A DNA stretch of 51,436 nucleotides from Candidatus Pacearchaeota archaeon (GTDB lineage Archaea > Nanobdellota > Nanobdellia > Pacearchaeales > GW2011-AR1). The notes under the pieces are model-generated. The model saw only the letters and a list, made by a program, of their open reading frames with translations. It was not told the origin of the DNA and did no database searches. Location of the stretch: contig JAGLWM010000006.1 in NCBI GenBank assembly GCA_023133415.1, positions 1 through 51,436 of the forward strand. Direction: 5' to 3'. Both the position numbers and the translations under genes were made by a program. Position 1 is the stretch's first letter; every line of letters starts with the position of its first letter. Positions 1 to 8,648 of this stretch are shown piece after piece.

Positions 1-2180
1 TGCTGAACCATCACAAAATTATCATCCCAAACCCCTGTAGCATTCTCCTGATTTGACGCCCCCGCATTCCCATAATACATATTAATAACCGTATCACTAA
101 CATTAGACAAAGTCGGAATCCTAACCCACGCAACTAATCTTCCGTCTGTCCCGTTGAAGTATTCTATTTCATGGTCTAATTGGATGCCAGTGGAGTTTGT
201 GAAAACAATATCATCACCATTAGACAAAGCGTCATCTCTTAGGTCTGTGTCGGTTAGGTTGATTAGGACTGGGAAATTAACTTGACTTCCGTTTACTTTT
301 GAGTGGTTTATTGTTATGTCTTTTTTGTAAGTCCAAGAAGAATTAAACCAATCACTCGCCAAATTATGCGCACTCGCATTAATACCCCCAAAATCAAACA
401 ACTGGTCATGTATCCCCGGAGTCAAAACTTTAACAGTATAATATCCAGTTGAGTTACAAGAATAATTCTCCACAAAAATGGATTTTACTCCCAATGACTT
501 ATTCAAAGTTTCATTCAGTTTTACAAAAGAATCATTCTCCAAAATCAAATAAACATTTTCATCGTCGACCAAACCATATTTATCAAACAAAGTTTCATCT
601 CCGCACCTTAACTCCAAAATTTCCAAATCATCCTGCGTCGCTTCATTATCATCATAAACTTCGGTATAACTCGTCCCATTAACCGCGCTAACCGTCAAAT
701 TCGCCTCACCCGTCGTATTAAACCCGACCGTCCAATTCCCCCCGACAGTCGGATAACTCTGCACATTCAAAATCGTAATAGAAACCTCATAAACCTGCGC
801 CGACAAATGCGGAACAACCCACTCAATATAATCCACATAACCATCAGCATCAAAATCATAAGAAACAAACGCAACCTCACTCCTAACCCCACTAGACCCA
901 TTCGCCAACAACTCCGCAACCTCACCCTCCAAATCCTCTGTCAAATTTTCTTCATCAACCGATTCAAAATGATAAAGCTTAAGACGCGAATCATTCATCT
1001 TAACCCTCTGCTCAATCAAAGTATAAGCCAAAATCTCACTATAATTCAATTCACTAGGAGCCGAAACAACAATCCTCTTACCACCAACCAACTCACTCTC
1101 ATTCGCAACCGGCGCCTCCGTATAATACTCAACCGCAACCTCACTCGCATTCGTCTCCTCGACAATCTCCCCAACCTCAACAACCATCACACTATCCATC
1201 TCCACAATCACCTCATCCACAATCAACTCTTCCTCCAAAACAACCTCACCAGTAATAGTAAAACCAATCAACCAATTCCAAATCCTAGTCAACAAACCCT
1301 CGCCCTCCCTAATATCCAAAGCAACATTCCCAGTCAACAACACACCCTCACTCATCTCCTCACGATCCGCAACCTCAACCACCTCCTCAAAATCCTCAGC
1401 CTCAGTCAAAGCCTTCCCAACTTCCTCATCAGTCAAAACCGAAATATTAACAGCATCCCTCGGAATCTCAATCGACAAATTTTTCCCATCACTAATATTC
1501 ACACTCTTAATCCACTTAACTGGCCGACCAATCACAGCCCTATACTGCAAAGTCGAAACCTCACTCACATTAATTTCTGTAATATTTTCAAGGGTTACAT
1601 TTACTTCTGTTATATTTTCAAGGGTTACATTTACCTCTGTGATGTTTTCAAGGGTTACATTAACCTCTGTGATGTTTTCAAGAGTTACATTTATTTCCGT
1701 AATATTTTCAAGAGTTACGTTTACTTCTGTGATGTTTTCAAGGGTTACGTTAACCAAAGTCTCATTAACAAGAGTTATATTTACCTCCTCAATTACCTCC
1801 GTCTCATTAACAACTTCCTCAACCACTTCATCCAACACCTCAATTCCATTTACATCAACAACAGCCTCTTCAACTTCAACTTCTTCAACCTCAACCTCTT
1901 CAACCTCAACCTCTTCAACCTCAACCTCAGGCTCCTCCTCCAGTTCTGGCTCCGGCTCCACAACCTCTTCAACCTCTTCCACTACTAATCCAGTTACTCC
2001 ACCATACATCTTAACAAAAGATTCCTTCAAATCAGAAAAAAAATCACCCAGCTCCTCACTTTCAATTTGATCATAAACAACAACGCTAAAAACAACTATC
2101 AAAGACATCAAACAAAGAACCACAATACTAAATATTCTAATAATTCCTACTTGAGCTATTTTATCTTTTAAACAAAGCAT
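1..2180 (-). CDS. Large acidic cell-surface protein with DUF2341-like domain (runs off window; absent from ORF track)
   Basis: Manual translation from ATG at 2180 gives MLCLKDKIAQVGIIRIFSIVVLCLMSLIVVFSVVV (hydrophobic N-terminus), a Glu/Val-rich stalk, DYIEWVVPHLS, then WFNSSWTYKKDITINHSKV..NFPVLINL..NGDDIVF..LDHEIE..AWVRIP..MYYGN (DUF2341-like). Frame is open to position 1. Confidence 0.85.
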   Translation of the reverse strand, partial: MLCLKDKIAQVGIIRIFSIVVLCLMSLIVVFSVVVYDQIESEELGDFFSDLKESFVKMYGGVTGLVVEEVEEVVEPEPELEEEPEVEVEEVEVEEVEVEEVEVEEAVVDVNGIEVLDEVVEEVVNETEVIEEVNITLVNETLVNVTLENITEVNVTLENITEINVTLENITEVNVTLENITEVNVTLENITEVNVTLENITEINVSEVSTLQYRAVIGRPVKWIKSVNISDGKNLSIEIPRDAVNISVLTDEEVGKALTEAEDFEEVVEVADREEMSEGVLLTGNVALDIREGEGLLTRIWNWLIGFTITGEVVLEEELIVDEVIVEMDSVMVVEVGEIVEETNASEVAVEYYTEAPVANESELVGGKRIVVSAPSELNYSEILAYTLIEQRVKMNDSRLKLYHFESVDEENLTEDLEGEVAELLANGSSGVRSEVAFVSYDFDADGYVDYIEWVVPHLSAQVYEVSITILNVQSYPTVGGNWTVGFNTTGEANLTVSAVNGTSYTEVYDDNEATQDDLEILELRCGDETLFDKYGLVDDENVYLILENDSFVKLNETLNKSLGVKSIFVENYSCNSTGYYTVKVLTPGIHDQLFDFGGINASAHNLASDWFNSSWTYKKDITINHSKVNGSQVNFPVLINLTDTDLRDDALSNGDDIVFTNSTGIQLDHEIEYFNGTDGRLVAWVRIPTLSNVSDTVINMYYGNAGASNQENATGVWDDNFVMVQ
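1567..1752 (-). repeat. 30-bp coding tandem repeat, about 6 copies, encoding (V/I)NVTLENITE
   Basis: 30-nt periodicity seen directly; each unit has two N-x-T sequons. Confidence 0.9.
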
Positions 2181-5100
2181 AACGATGCTCCATTCGAACC
2201 AACTATACAATCGCTTACTGTTACATTATTAAACTGAGGATTAGATGTTGTAGTTAAATGTTGACCTGTATTATATTCTAATTGACTATCTCCAACTCCA
2301 TCCGCTGTCACATTAAATTGCGTTCCAGTTAAAGTTATTCCATTCCCAGCCGCATAAGTTGTGTCATCATCCGTCTCACAAGCAAAGTCATTTCCATTTA
2401 TGTATAAATGATTTCCTGCTCCGCAAGTCGTTGTTAAACCTAATTTACTTTCATCTATTTCGTCGGCGTCTATTACTGTATCTAAATCTAAACTTGCATT
2501 CCAATAATCTGATTTATCTGCTGACCAGTTTCCAATACTTGAAACTACATTTGCTATTGAAGTATAACCTAATCCAATTACAAAATCATAAATTTCATCT
2601 GCAAGACTGAGATGAGTTATGTCTCCGTTTGAAGGTGTTGCGTGAGGTATTCCTGTTATGTTATCCCAGGCTGTAAATATTGGGTCTGTTTCAGTTAAAG
2701 TCAAATCTGTCAATTGAGAACCATTCCCATAAATTAATCCAGTAAAATTCCCATCCCCTACAACATTTAATTTATTTTGAGGAGAGGTTGTGCCGATGCC
2801 GATGTTGCCGTTTTTCGCAGTAAAAACTTCTAACCCAATTCCATAATCCCAAATTCCAAATTGGTCACTACTACTTTTTGCGAAAAAAGCAAATGAAGAG
2901 GTCGGATTTGTCAATTTGAAAACAGCGTCATCATTCGTTGATTCTATTTCCAGTCTTACATTTCCTGCACCATAAAGATGTAATTTTTCTTGTGGACTAT
3001 CCGTCCCAATCCCCACATATCCCGTATTACTATCCACAAATAAATCAGAAGTTCCGACGCTGAAATTATTATCGCCTAAATCCAAATTGGTATCTGCTCC
3101 TGTATAAGGAACATAAGAACTTTGATTTCCAGACCAAAGAGGTTCATCTATTGTAGAGAATATTCCATCTGCATAGGTCTTATTCCAATCGTCTCCGTAA
3201 TTAATTGGAGCATAAACTCCTGAAATATCATCACAGTTTCCTTCACCATCTAAGTAAGTTGTTGAACCTGAACAAGCAGTTGAAGCGTTTGTGTCTATGT
3301 AGGAAGTGATATAGCCAGGGCTATTTGTGAAATTAATTAAATCAGTATAACCACGATTTCCTAAATCGTCTGTAAAATCAGATAACAAAGTTGGAGTATT
3401 AATTAAATCATTATAATCTTTATCCCAAGCAGAGAAGTTTCCTAAGCTATCTACCTTTATGTTTGTAGCATAGTCATTAATATTAAAGTCTGAAGCATTA
3501 TAATAACCAAAGCCATTTATCTGTGCAGATGTATAATAATCTGTGATTACAAAGTCTGTCGCATTGTAATAATTATATCCAGATAAAATTGTAGAAGTTA
3601 CATAGTCATTAATATCAAAGTCAGAACTATTATAATAGTTAAATGCTAAGACTTCGGCAGAAGTAAAATAATCTGAGATGTCAAAGTCACTTGAATTATA
3701 ATAGTCAAAACCAAGAATATCTGCTTTAGTAAAATAATCTGTTATAACGAAATCAGAACTATTATAATATCCAAATGCAATTATCTCTGCAGTTGTTGAA
3801 TAAGAAGATTGGTTAGCTGTCCATAAGGGATCCGTTTCTGTGTAAGATGTTAAAACTTCAATTCCTTCTGAATAAATTTTTCCACTCGCATTAACAATTC
3901 CAACAACTTCCAAGCTATCATTTATTACTAATTTAGTCCCATTATAAACACTAATCTCTGGTTGATGATTCTTTGTTTCCACTACAATATAATTATTATA
4001 TTCGCTGTTTGCCTTAAAACCCAATGGAGAATTTTTTCCTAACATTGTCATCATGTGGTTATCCTTTTCATAATTAAGAGTTCCTGAATACGTATCATCA
4101 GCCCTGAAAGAAATACCCACATCATAAACATTAGAACTTTCAAAATAAATAAACTTTCCACCCTCTCTTTTTATTGTCGGTCTGTTTAAAATATTCTTAA
4201 CTAATAAATAATCGTCTGCATCTCCTCCTGCTATAATGTTAATGCTATTCCCATCGGTAGCATAAATATCATGCACATAGGTAATATTAGAAACATTTAT
4301 CGTATTGATGTTATTTATATCATTATCTTCCATGTCTAAATCTCCAGTCATAGTATCACCATCTACATTAACGTAAAGAGAATCTGCATGAGATTCATTC
4401 CAAGAACTATTATCACTAGTTACAGAAATGTCAGCATATAAAGTATCCGCATAAGTTTTATTAAAACTAGCAGAAGCATCATTCCAATAACCAGCATCGT
4501 TAGTAAAATTTAAATTACTTGTATATCCTCTATCTCCTAAATCATCTGTAAAATTAGTTAGATGAGTATATGTTGTGTCTGTATCTGTTAATGTGCAAAG
4601 ATTTGATGTTGCTCCAGTTATATTTCCACAATAAGGTGTAGTTAAATTTGCCAACGGTAAGTCTATTAATTCAACATATTGGTCATCAAGAGCATCATTA
4701 TCAAGAACAATATTATCATAAGTTCCAGAAACCTCTCCGCCGAAACCAGTAACATCTGTTAAATAATTTCCTATTGTTTGGTAGATTGTATCAAAGAAAG
4801 ATTTAACTGAAGTCATATTAATTGCAAATTCTGTCCCCGTTAGACTCAAATTAGAACCAACCGTATAAGTTGTATCTGAATCTCTTGAATCAATAGTTTG
4901 ATTTAAAACAGTTTCATTAAATAAAAGATTAGCTGTTCCAGAATCCACTCCACCAGTCAAATATTTCCCAGCCGTATTTATACCATTTATATCTCCACCA
5001 CCAGCTAATCCAGTTAATTGAGAACCATCCCCAAGATAATAAGAGGCAGTTATGTTGTTAGTCAAATTAATTGTATCCGCATAAACTCTATCAAAAATTT

Positions 5101-5410
5101 GACTAGATAGACGGTGCGTCATTCTTAAGACTCCATTTTTATATTCACACAAATAACTTGGAATTGAAGAGATCCCAGAAATATTTATATCAATAAATCC
5201 GACTCCATCCTTCCCCGTCGTTATAATTGAAGAATTTGACAAGATAATCTCTGAACAACCAACATCACTAGTAAAATTAAATGTATAGTTAAAAGCTGTA
5301 TTCGGTTGCAAATTTCCAGAATCGCTCACGGGCTTAACATAAATTGGCAGAGCTACGACATTCGTCACTAAAGTCACAAATAAAAACACTAAAATCAACT
5401 CTCTGTTCAT
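2168..5410 (-). CDS. Secreted 1080-aa fibre/adhesin-like surface protein
   Basis: Signal peptide; tail-fibre-like motifs (GYVGIGTDSP, GNIGIGTTSPQNKLNVVG, ETDP, G(D/N)GSQLT, TYAAGNGITL); five ~22-aa YYNxSDFxIxDY-type repeats; many N-x-S/T sequons. Confidence 0.75.
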   Translation of the reverse strand: MNRELILVFLFVTLVTNVVALPIYVKPVSDSGNLQPNTAFNYTFNFTSDVGCSEIILSNSSIITTGKDGVGFIDINISGISSIPSYLCEYKNGVLRMTHRLSSQIFDRVYADTINLTNNITASYYLGDGSQLTGLAGGGDINGINTAGKYLTGGVDSGTANLLFNETVLNQTIDSRDSDTTYTVGSNLSLTGTEFAINMTSVKSFFDTIYQTIGNYLTDVTGFGGEVSGTYDNIVLDNDALDDQYVELIDLPLANLTTPYCGNITGATSNLCTLTDTDTTYTHLTNFTDDLGDRGYTSNLNFTNDAGYWNDASASFNKTYADTLYADISVTSDNSSWNESHADSLYVNVDGDTMTGDLDMEDNDINNINTINVSNITYVHDIYATDGNSINIIAGGDADDYLLVKNILNRPTIKREGGKFIYFESSNVYDVGISFRADDTYSGTLNYEKDNHMMTMLGKNSPLGFKANSEYNNYIVVETKNHQPEISVYNGTKLVINDSLEVVGIVNASGKIYSEGIEVLTSYTETDPLWTANQSSYSTTAEIIAFGYYNSSDFVITDYFTKADILGFDYYNSSDFDISDYFTSAEVLAFNYYNSSDFDINDYVTSTILSGYNYYNATDFVITDYYTSAQINGFGYYNASDFNINDYATNIKVDSLGNFSAWDKDYNDLINTPTLLSDFTDDLGNRGYTDLINFTNSPGYITSYIDTNASTACSGSTTYLDGEGNCDDISGVYAPINYGDDWNKTYADGIFSTIDEPLWSGNQSSYVPYTGADTNLDLGDNNFSVGTSDLFVDSNTGYVGIGTDSPQEKLHLYGAGNVRLEIESTNDDAVFKLTNPTSSFAFFAKSSSDQFGIWDYGIGLEVFTAKNGNIGIGTTSPQNKLNVVGDGNFTGLIYGNGSQLTDLTLTETDPIFTAWDNITGIPHATPSNGDITHLSLADEIYDFVIGLGYTSIANVVSSIGNWSADKSDYWNASLDLDTVIDADEIDESKLGLTTTCGAGNHLYINGNDFACETDDDTTYAAGNGITLTGTQFNVTADGVGDSQLEYNTGQHLTTTSNPQFNNVTVSDCIVGSNGASLCFV

Positions 5411-5476
5411 ATTTTCTATTACTTCTGAATGTTTATATATCTAACTCATTAATAAAATCCACACAACCAATTCAAA

Positions 5477-5485
5477 ACTAAAATC
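5477..5485 (+). repeat. Left target-site duplication ACTAAAATC
   Basis: Identical to 8605-8613; abuts the left inverted repeat. Confidence 0.9.
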
Positions 5486-5564
5486 GACACAGTCCGAGAA
5501 GTGTTAATGTGTCCGAGAAGCAATCTCTTGTTGCGAAAAGTGTCCGAATAAATATTGCACAACT

Positions 5565-5783
5565 TTAAACTAATTTAACAACACTATATGGTCTACCATT
5601 TTTTTTACTTTTCTCATATCTTACTGTTTTGACAATCCCAAGGTATTCTAACTCTGCAACATGCCTTTTTATTACCCTGTCAGAAGTATCTACTTTCCTT
5701 TCCATCTCACTTATTACCTGGGGTCCTTTTTTCAACGCGTTAATTATTCGTTTTTTTATATCTAATCCGCTTCTATATGCCAT
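5565..5783 (-). CDS. Small winged-HTH protein (ArsR-like)
   Basis: KRIINALKKGPQVISEM..VIKRHVAELEYLGIV..GRPYSV wHTH pattern. Confidence 0.75.
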   Translation of the reverse strand: MAYRSGLDIKKRIINALKKGPQVISEMERKVDTSDRVIKRHVAELEYLGIVKTVRYEKSKKNGRPYSVVKLV

Positions 5784-5819
5784 ACCTCAAATTAGGGGTA
5801 AGGTTTATATATACGAATC

Positions 5820-5833
5820 CCAACAATTGTTGG
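5820..5833. promoter_or_regulatory. Perfect 14-bp palindrome CCAACAATTGTTGG, candidate operator
   Basis: Lies between TATA-like TTTATATATA (5804-5813) and ATG 5835, in the divergent region upstream of the wHTH gene. Confidence 0.45.
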
Positions 5834-5834
5834 T

Positions 5835-5969
5835 ATGGCAAATCTGGATAGAAAAATAAAATATTGTAAGAACTGCTAAAAGAAAACCGAACATATTAGA
5901 CGAGGCTTTGGAACTCCTGGTGGATTATGTGGAAACGCCAGATGGGAATGTTTAGAATGCAAAGATTAG
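5835..5969 (+). pseudogene. 44-codon zinc-ribbon microprotein with internal TAA
   Basis: MANLDRKIKYCKNC*KKTEHIRRGFGTPGGLCGNARWECLECKD: two CxxC motifs in one frame, stop at 5877-5879. Confidence 0.6.
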
Positions 5970-6137
5970 ATTCTCAAACCTTTTCTAATAATTAGAACAA
6001 GCTAAAACTTCTGTTTAACAAAAATTTAAATACAGGTAATACTTTCATACTTTATGAAAATGGAGGTGCGTTTGGTTCTATTGGTTGGTAGTCATTTTCT
6101 TAAGTAGAATTTAAAAAGAACCTTTCGATAAAAATAT

Positions 6138-6425
6138 ATGGCAGAAGAAAAACCAAGTTTTGAGGACGCAAGAACTATAATAGATATGGTTAGGACCCAT
6201 TTTTATTCTCAAAATCCTCAAATGGGATATTTAATGTTTAGAGTTGATTCCATCAAGAAGAATGGATCTGATGGTGTTTGGGTAGTTATTTGTAGCTATT
6301 TGGAATCCTTCGGATCCAATAAGAGAATTTATTATAAACTTAAAGTCAATTTGAATAATGGTTCTTTTGGAGACAACAATATAATTGAAGAAGTTGATGC
6401 AAAAAAAGAAATATCTGGTTCTTGA
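6138..6425 (+). CDS. Hypothetical protein, coupled to downstream PIN gene
   Basis: 95-aa ORF ending 1 nt before the PIN-gene ATG. Confidence 0.7.
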   Translation: MAEEKPSFEDARTIIDMVRTHFYSQNPQMGYLMFRVDSIKKNGSDGVWVVICSYLESFGSNKRIYYKLKVNLNNGSFGDNNIIEEVDAKKEISGS

Positions 6426-6426
6426 T

Positions 6427-6972
6427 ATGATATTTAATTGCGATGAAAAAAGTATATGCAAATACTCATGTTTCTTAAGAAATGGATTGCTTCTAGATAC
6501 TTCTGTACTTATGATATATTTCCTGGGAGAATATGATTATAAAAACAATACGAATTATCTCAAACAATGGACAAACGATGGCATTCCTTATTCGGAATTA
6601 GATTATCAATCATTAAAAAGATTTATTGACAGGGCATCCTTTTCTAAGTTATACATCACTCCACATATTTTTCATGAATTTTATAAACACGCACAAAAAA
6701 TTCTAAAAGAGAATTTAGATCCTTTCTTCAAGAACAGTATGGAAAAATTAATAAGAATTAATGAAGAGAATGTTGATAAAAATGATATATTAGCCCATAA
6801 GTATTTTGATAAATTAGAAATTGGAGAGCACTCATTGTATATTTTAAAGGAGAGTATTCATTCCGCAATTTTAACTGACGATGAAAGAAAAACTATCCCA
6901 TTATTTTGTGAAGATAAAAAATTATTATTAATACCAATTCGAGAAGCTATTAAGTTTACTCTTAATTCATAA
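6427..6972 (+). CDS. PIN-domain ribonuclease-like protein
   Basis: LLLDTSVL, ITPHIFHE, LEIGE and ILTDD acidic motifs in PIN spacing; start placed at ATG 6427. Confidence 0.75.
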   Translation: MIFNCDEKSICKYSCFLRNGLLLDTSVLMIYFLGEYDYKNNTNYLKQWTNDGIPYSELDYQSLKRFIDRASFSKLYITPHIFHEFYKHAQKILKENLDPFFKNSMEKLIRINEENVDKNDILAHKYFDKLEIGEHSLYILKESIHSAILTDDERKTIPLFCEDKKLLLIPIREAIKFTLNS

Positions 6973-7248
6973 TTAATCAAAATCTACCGTCCAGGTCCTC
7001 TTACTGCATGATCTTATTTTCTTTTTTTTGCCATTAAATTCCCTATCATATTTTCTGAATCCCTCACACCTATCTTTAACATACCCACTCTTCTTCAAGT
7101 TATCTAGCCTGGGTTTTATCGAAGAATCACTTAGTCCAACTTTTTTTGCTATTTGTCTTCCAGATAATCCTCTCTTAATTTTAACAAGATTCCTTAGAAT
7201 TTCTTTGTCTGTCCCGTCGAGTATTCTTTTTTTTCTAATTGCCATCAT
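6973..7248 (-). CDS. Winged-HTH regulator
   Basis: LDGTDKEIL..LSGRQIAKKVGLSDSSIKPRLDNLKKSGYV. Confidence 0.8.
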   Translation of the reverse strand: MMAIRKKRILDGTDKEILRNLVKIKRGLSGRQIAKKVGLSDSSIKPRLDNLKKSGYVKDRCEGFRKYDREFNGKKKKIRSCSKRTWTVDFD

Positions 7249-7445
7249 TCTATCTCCAGGTTTATTTTACGGGTTTTAACATCGACGAACCAACGTATTT
7301 TTTGACTTTTATTTACCTTAAGCTCTTTGATTATTTCTTTTGGGATTCTTGTTAAAAGAGTTTTACCATCGCTACTTATCTTGCTAATTTTTTCTATATC
7401 TGCATTTATCTCAAGCAACTTGTCCAAATCCTCTTTTTTCACCAT
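7245..7445 (-). CDS. AbrB/MazE/SpoVT-like DNA-binding protein
   Basis: GKTLLTRIPKEIIKELKV..KIRW swapped-hairpin signature; 4-nt overlap with the HTH gene. Confidence 0.7.
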   Translation of the reverse strand: MVKKEDLDKLLEINADIEKISKISSDGKTLLTRIPKEIIKELKVNKSQKIRWFVDVKTRKINLEIE

Positions 7446-7639
7446 TACTATTTTAGGTAAGTGTACTATTTAAATGTATCTCCTATTTTCTGTTTAGAAT
7501 AATAAAACGTACATTATTACAGTGTACACTATCAGAAGATAGAAAGATTTAAAAGGTAACTATATTCTATGATTGTACACTAAGCTTAAACAGGACATTT
7601 TAAGTTTAGGAATATGGGAAGCACTATGCTCTGCTTTTC

Positions 7640-7663
7640 GGCGGTCGGTATGGGACGACCGCC
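7640..7663. promoter_or_regulatory. GC-rich hairpin in transposase leader
   Basis: GGCGGTCG-8nt-CGACCGCC perfect 8-bp stem upstream of an AGGAG RBS and ATG 7685. Confidence 0.5.
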
Positions 7664-7684
7664 CTTAAATTCACAGGAGAGAAA

Positions 7685-8602
7685 ATGGAACAAATATATA
7701 AGAAAAATTCACTGCAAGAAGAAAAAACAGATTTTCTGAAAGCTACTTGTAACTTTTTAGATACTCTTGAGTTCGAGGAAGAACAGGTCAATGGAAGACC
7801 AAAAGCAGATCAAAGAGAAATCCTAAAACATTTATTGGTCATGTCATACAATGCTACAAGCTATAGAAGATCTCTCAGTGACATAAAGATATTATGCGAT
7901 CAGGGATTTGTTAAAAAAATAATTCCGAGAAGCACATTGAATGATTATGCAAATGATTCAAAAATAATAATATTGCTAGAAAGATTAATACAAATTTCAG
8001 CAACTTTTTTTAAAGAAATAGAGGACACTTTAATTGTTGATTCTAGCTGGTTTGGAGAAAAGATGTACGTTGGTGGATGTGGGCAAGTTCATGCTAATAA
8101 GCAGGGACTTTTTAATACAAGAAAGATACATGTTGGAATATTAAAAATATCAGGAGTTATCTGTTATGCAAAGGCAACTCATGGGACAAGACACGACTGC
8201 CCAATCTTTAAAGACATTTTAATAGAATCTTCCAATATATTTAATCTAAAATATTGCCTGGGAGATAAAGGATATTGTTCTAAAGAAAATTATATATTAT
8301 GTGAAGAAAAAAATATTACCGCATTCTTAGATTTTAAAAAGAACATGAAATCGTCTGGTGGAAAAAGTGCAATGTGGAAAGATCAAATTGATGTATGGAG
8401 AAATAATTCAGAACTTTGGCACAAATCATACAATTATAGAGTTTTGGTTGAAAGTGTATTCTCAAGAATAAAGAAAAAGCACAATAATTACTTAAGGTCT
8501 AGAAAAGCCGATTCAAGGGACATTGAAATGCTATTAAAATGTCTAGTTTATAATTTGACGTTGATTGGCAAGAGTTTCAAATCGGACAGTTCTCGGACTT
8601 AG
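7685..8602 (+). CDS. DDE transposase (IS4/IS5 superfamily, DDE_Tnp_1-like)
   Basis: LIVDSS, GDKGY and exact Y-2-R-3-E-6-K motif (YNYRVLVESVFSRIK); stop codon lies inside the right inverted repeat. Confidence 0.9.
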   Translation: MEQIYKKNSLQEEKTDFLKATCNFLDTLEFEEEQVNGRPKADQREILKHLLVMSYNATSYRRSLSDIKILCDQGFVKKIIPRSTLNDYANDSKIIILLERLIQISATFFKEIEDTLIVDSSWFGEKMYVGGCGQVHANKQGLFNTRKIHVGILKISGVICYAKATHGTRHDCPIFKDILIESSNIFNLKYCLGDKGYCSKENYILCEEKNITAFLDFKKNMKSSGGKSAMWKDQIDVWRNNSELWHKSYNYRVLVESVFSRIKKKHNNYLRSRKADSRDIEMLLKCLVYNLTLIGKSFKSDSSRT

Positions 8603-8604
8603 TC

Positions 8605-8613
8605 ACTAAAATC
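8605..8613 (+). repeat. Right target-site duplication ACTAAAATC
   Basis: Identical to 5477-5485. Confidence 0.9.
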
Positions 8614-8648
8614 AAAGAATTTATAAAATATAATATATAACTGGATAC

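Larger units (their letters stand above)
5486..8604. mobile_element. 3119-bp IS4/IS5-superfamily transposon with passenger genes
   Basis: Inverted repeats GACACAGTCCGAGAAGTG (5486-5503) and GACTAAGTCCGAGAACTG (reverse complement of 8587-8604), 15/18 identical; perfect 9-bp flanking direct repeat; DDE transposase at right end; AT-rich without host skew. Confidence 0.9.

Noticed and set aside
1567-1752. 30-bp repeats as a possible CRISPR array
   Set aside because: Head-to-tail with no spacers, variation mostly synonymous, in frame within a CDS; no cas genes in the window.
449-2070. + strand ORFs 449-682, 807-1988 and 1639-2070
   Set aside because: Shadows of the real - strand surface-protein gene; their N/L/H- or S/T-rich composition follows from strand skew.
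2168-5410. Provirus suggested by tail-fibre-like motifs
   Set aside because: The protein has a signal peptide, and no capsid, terminase, portal or integrase genes are nearby.
5877-5879. Stop-codon reassignment
   Set aside because: TAA, TAG and TGA all terminate conserved genes normally in this window.
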